Assembly (NCBI GenBank): GCA_964188305.1
Contig: OZ076901.1
From: Podarcis bocagei
Taxonomy: Eukaryota
Length of the DNA stretch: 64,000 nt
Strand: one strand, 5' to 3'
The position numbers and the translations under genes are program-made. Position 1 is the stretch's first letter; each line of letters opens with the position of its first letter. A model generated the notes under the pieces. That model was not told the DNA's origin. It did not search any database and was given only the letters and a program-made list of their open reading frames with translations. Of the stretch, positions 63,951 through 64,000 are shown piece by piece.

Positions 63951-64000
63951 ATAGATAGATAGATCAAGCAAAACAAACAAACAAAACAATAAACTTAGCA

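Overview
Vertebrate genomic DNA, most likely from a squamate (probably lacertid) lizard, judged from Sauria-type SINEs, tRNA-Lys/CR1 SINEs and L2/CR1 LINEs. Two genes lie tail to tail. (1) + strand: the 3' 16 coding exons of GRAMD1B (Aster-B; GRAM domain, VASt/ASTER sterol-binding domain, TM helix, luminal tail), 1708-24819. These include a 12-nt ICFS microexon at 21124-21135. All junctions are GT-AG and the frame stays open (1877 nt; the 5' end is outside the window). (2) - strand: complete SCN3B (sodium channel beta-3, 217 aa), 5 coding exons at 40316-32908, with a probable 3'-UTR intron, a CpG-island promoter and a duplicated RE1/NRSE (REST) module. Region 41.5-64 kb is TE-rich intergenic DNA with nested MITEs and weak hints of exons of an unannotated + strand transcript. 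Most ORF-track entries are spurious. Main observations: the tandem RE1 module, the SRRM4-type microexon at the start of the TM helix, a solo LTR that appears to supply the branch point of the GRAMD1B last exon, several other TEs abutting splice sites, opposing poly(A) signals around a G-tract, and a snap-back palindrome at a MITE end. I cannot support a wholly new multi-gene system here.
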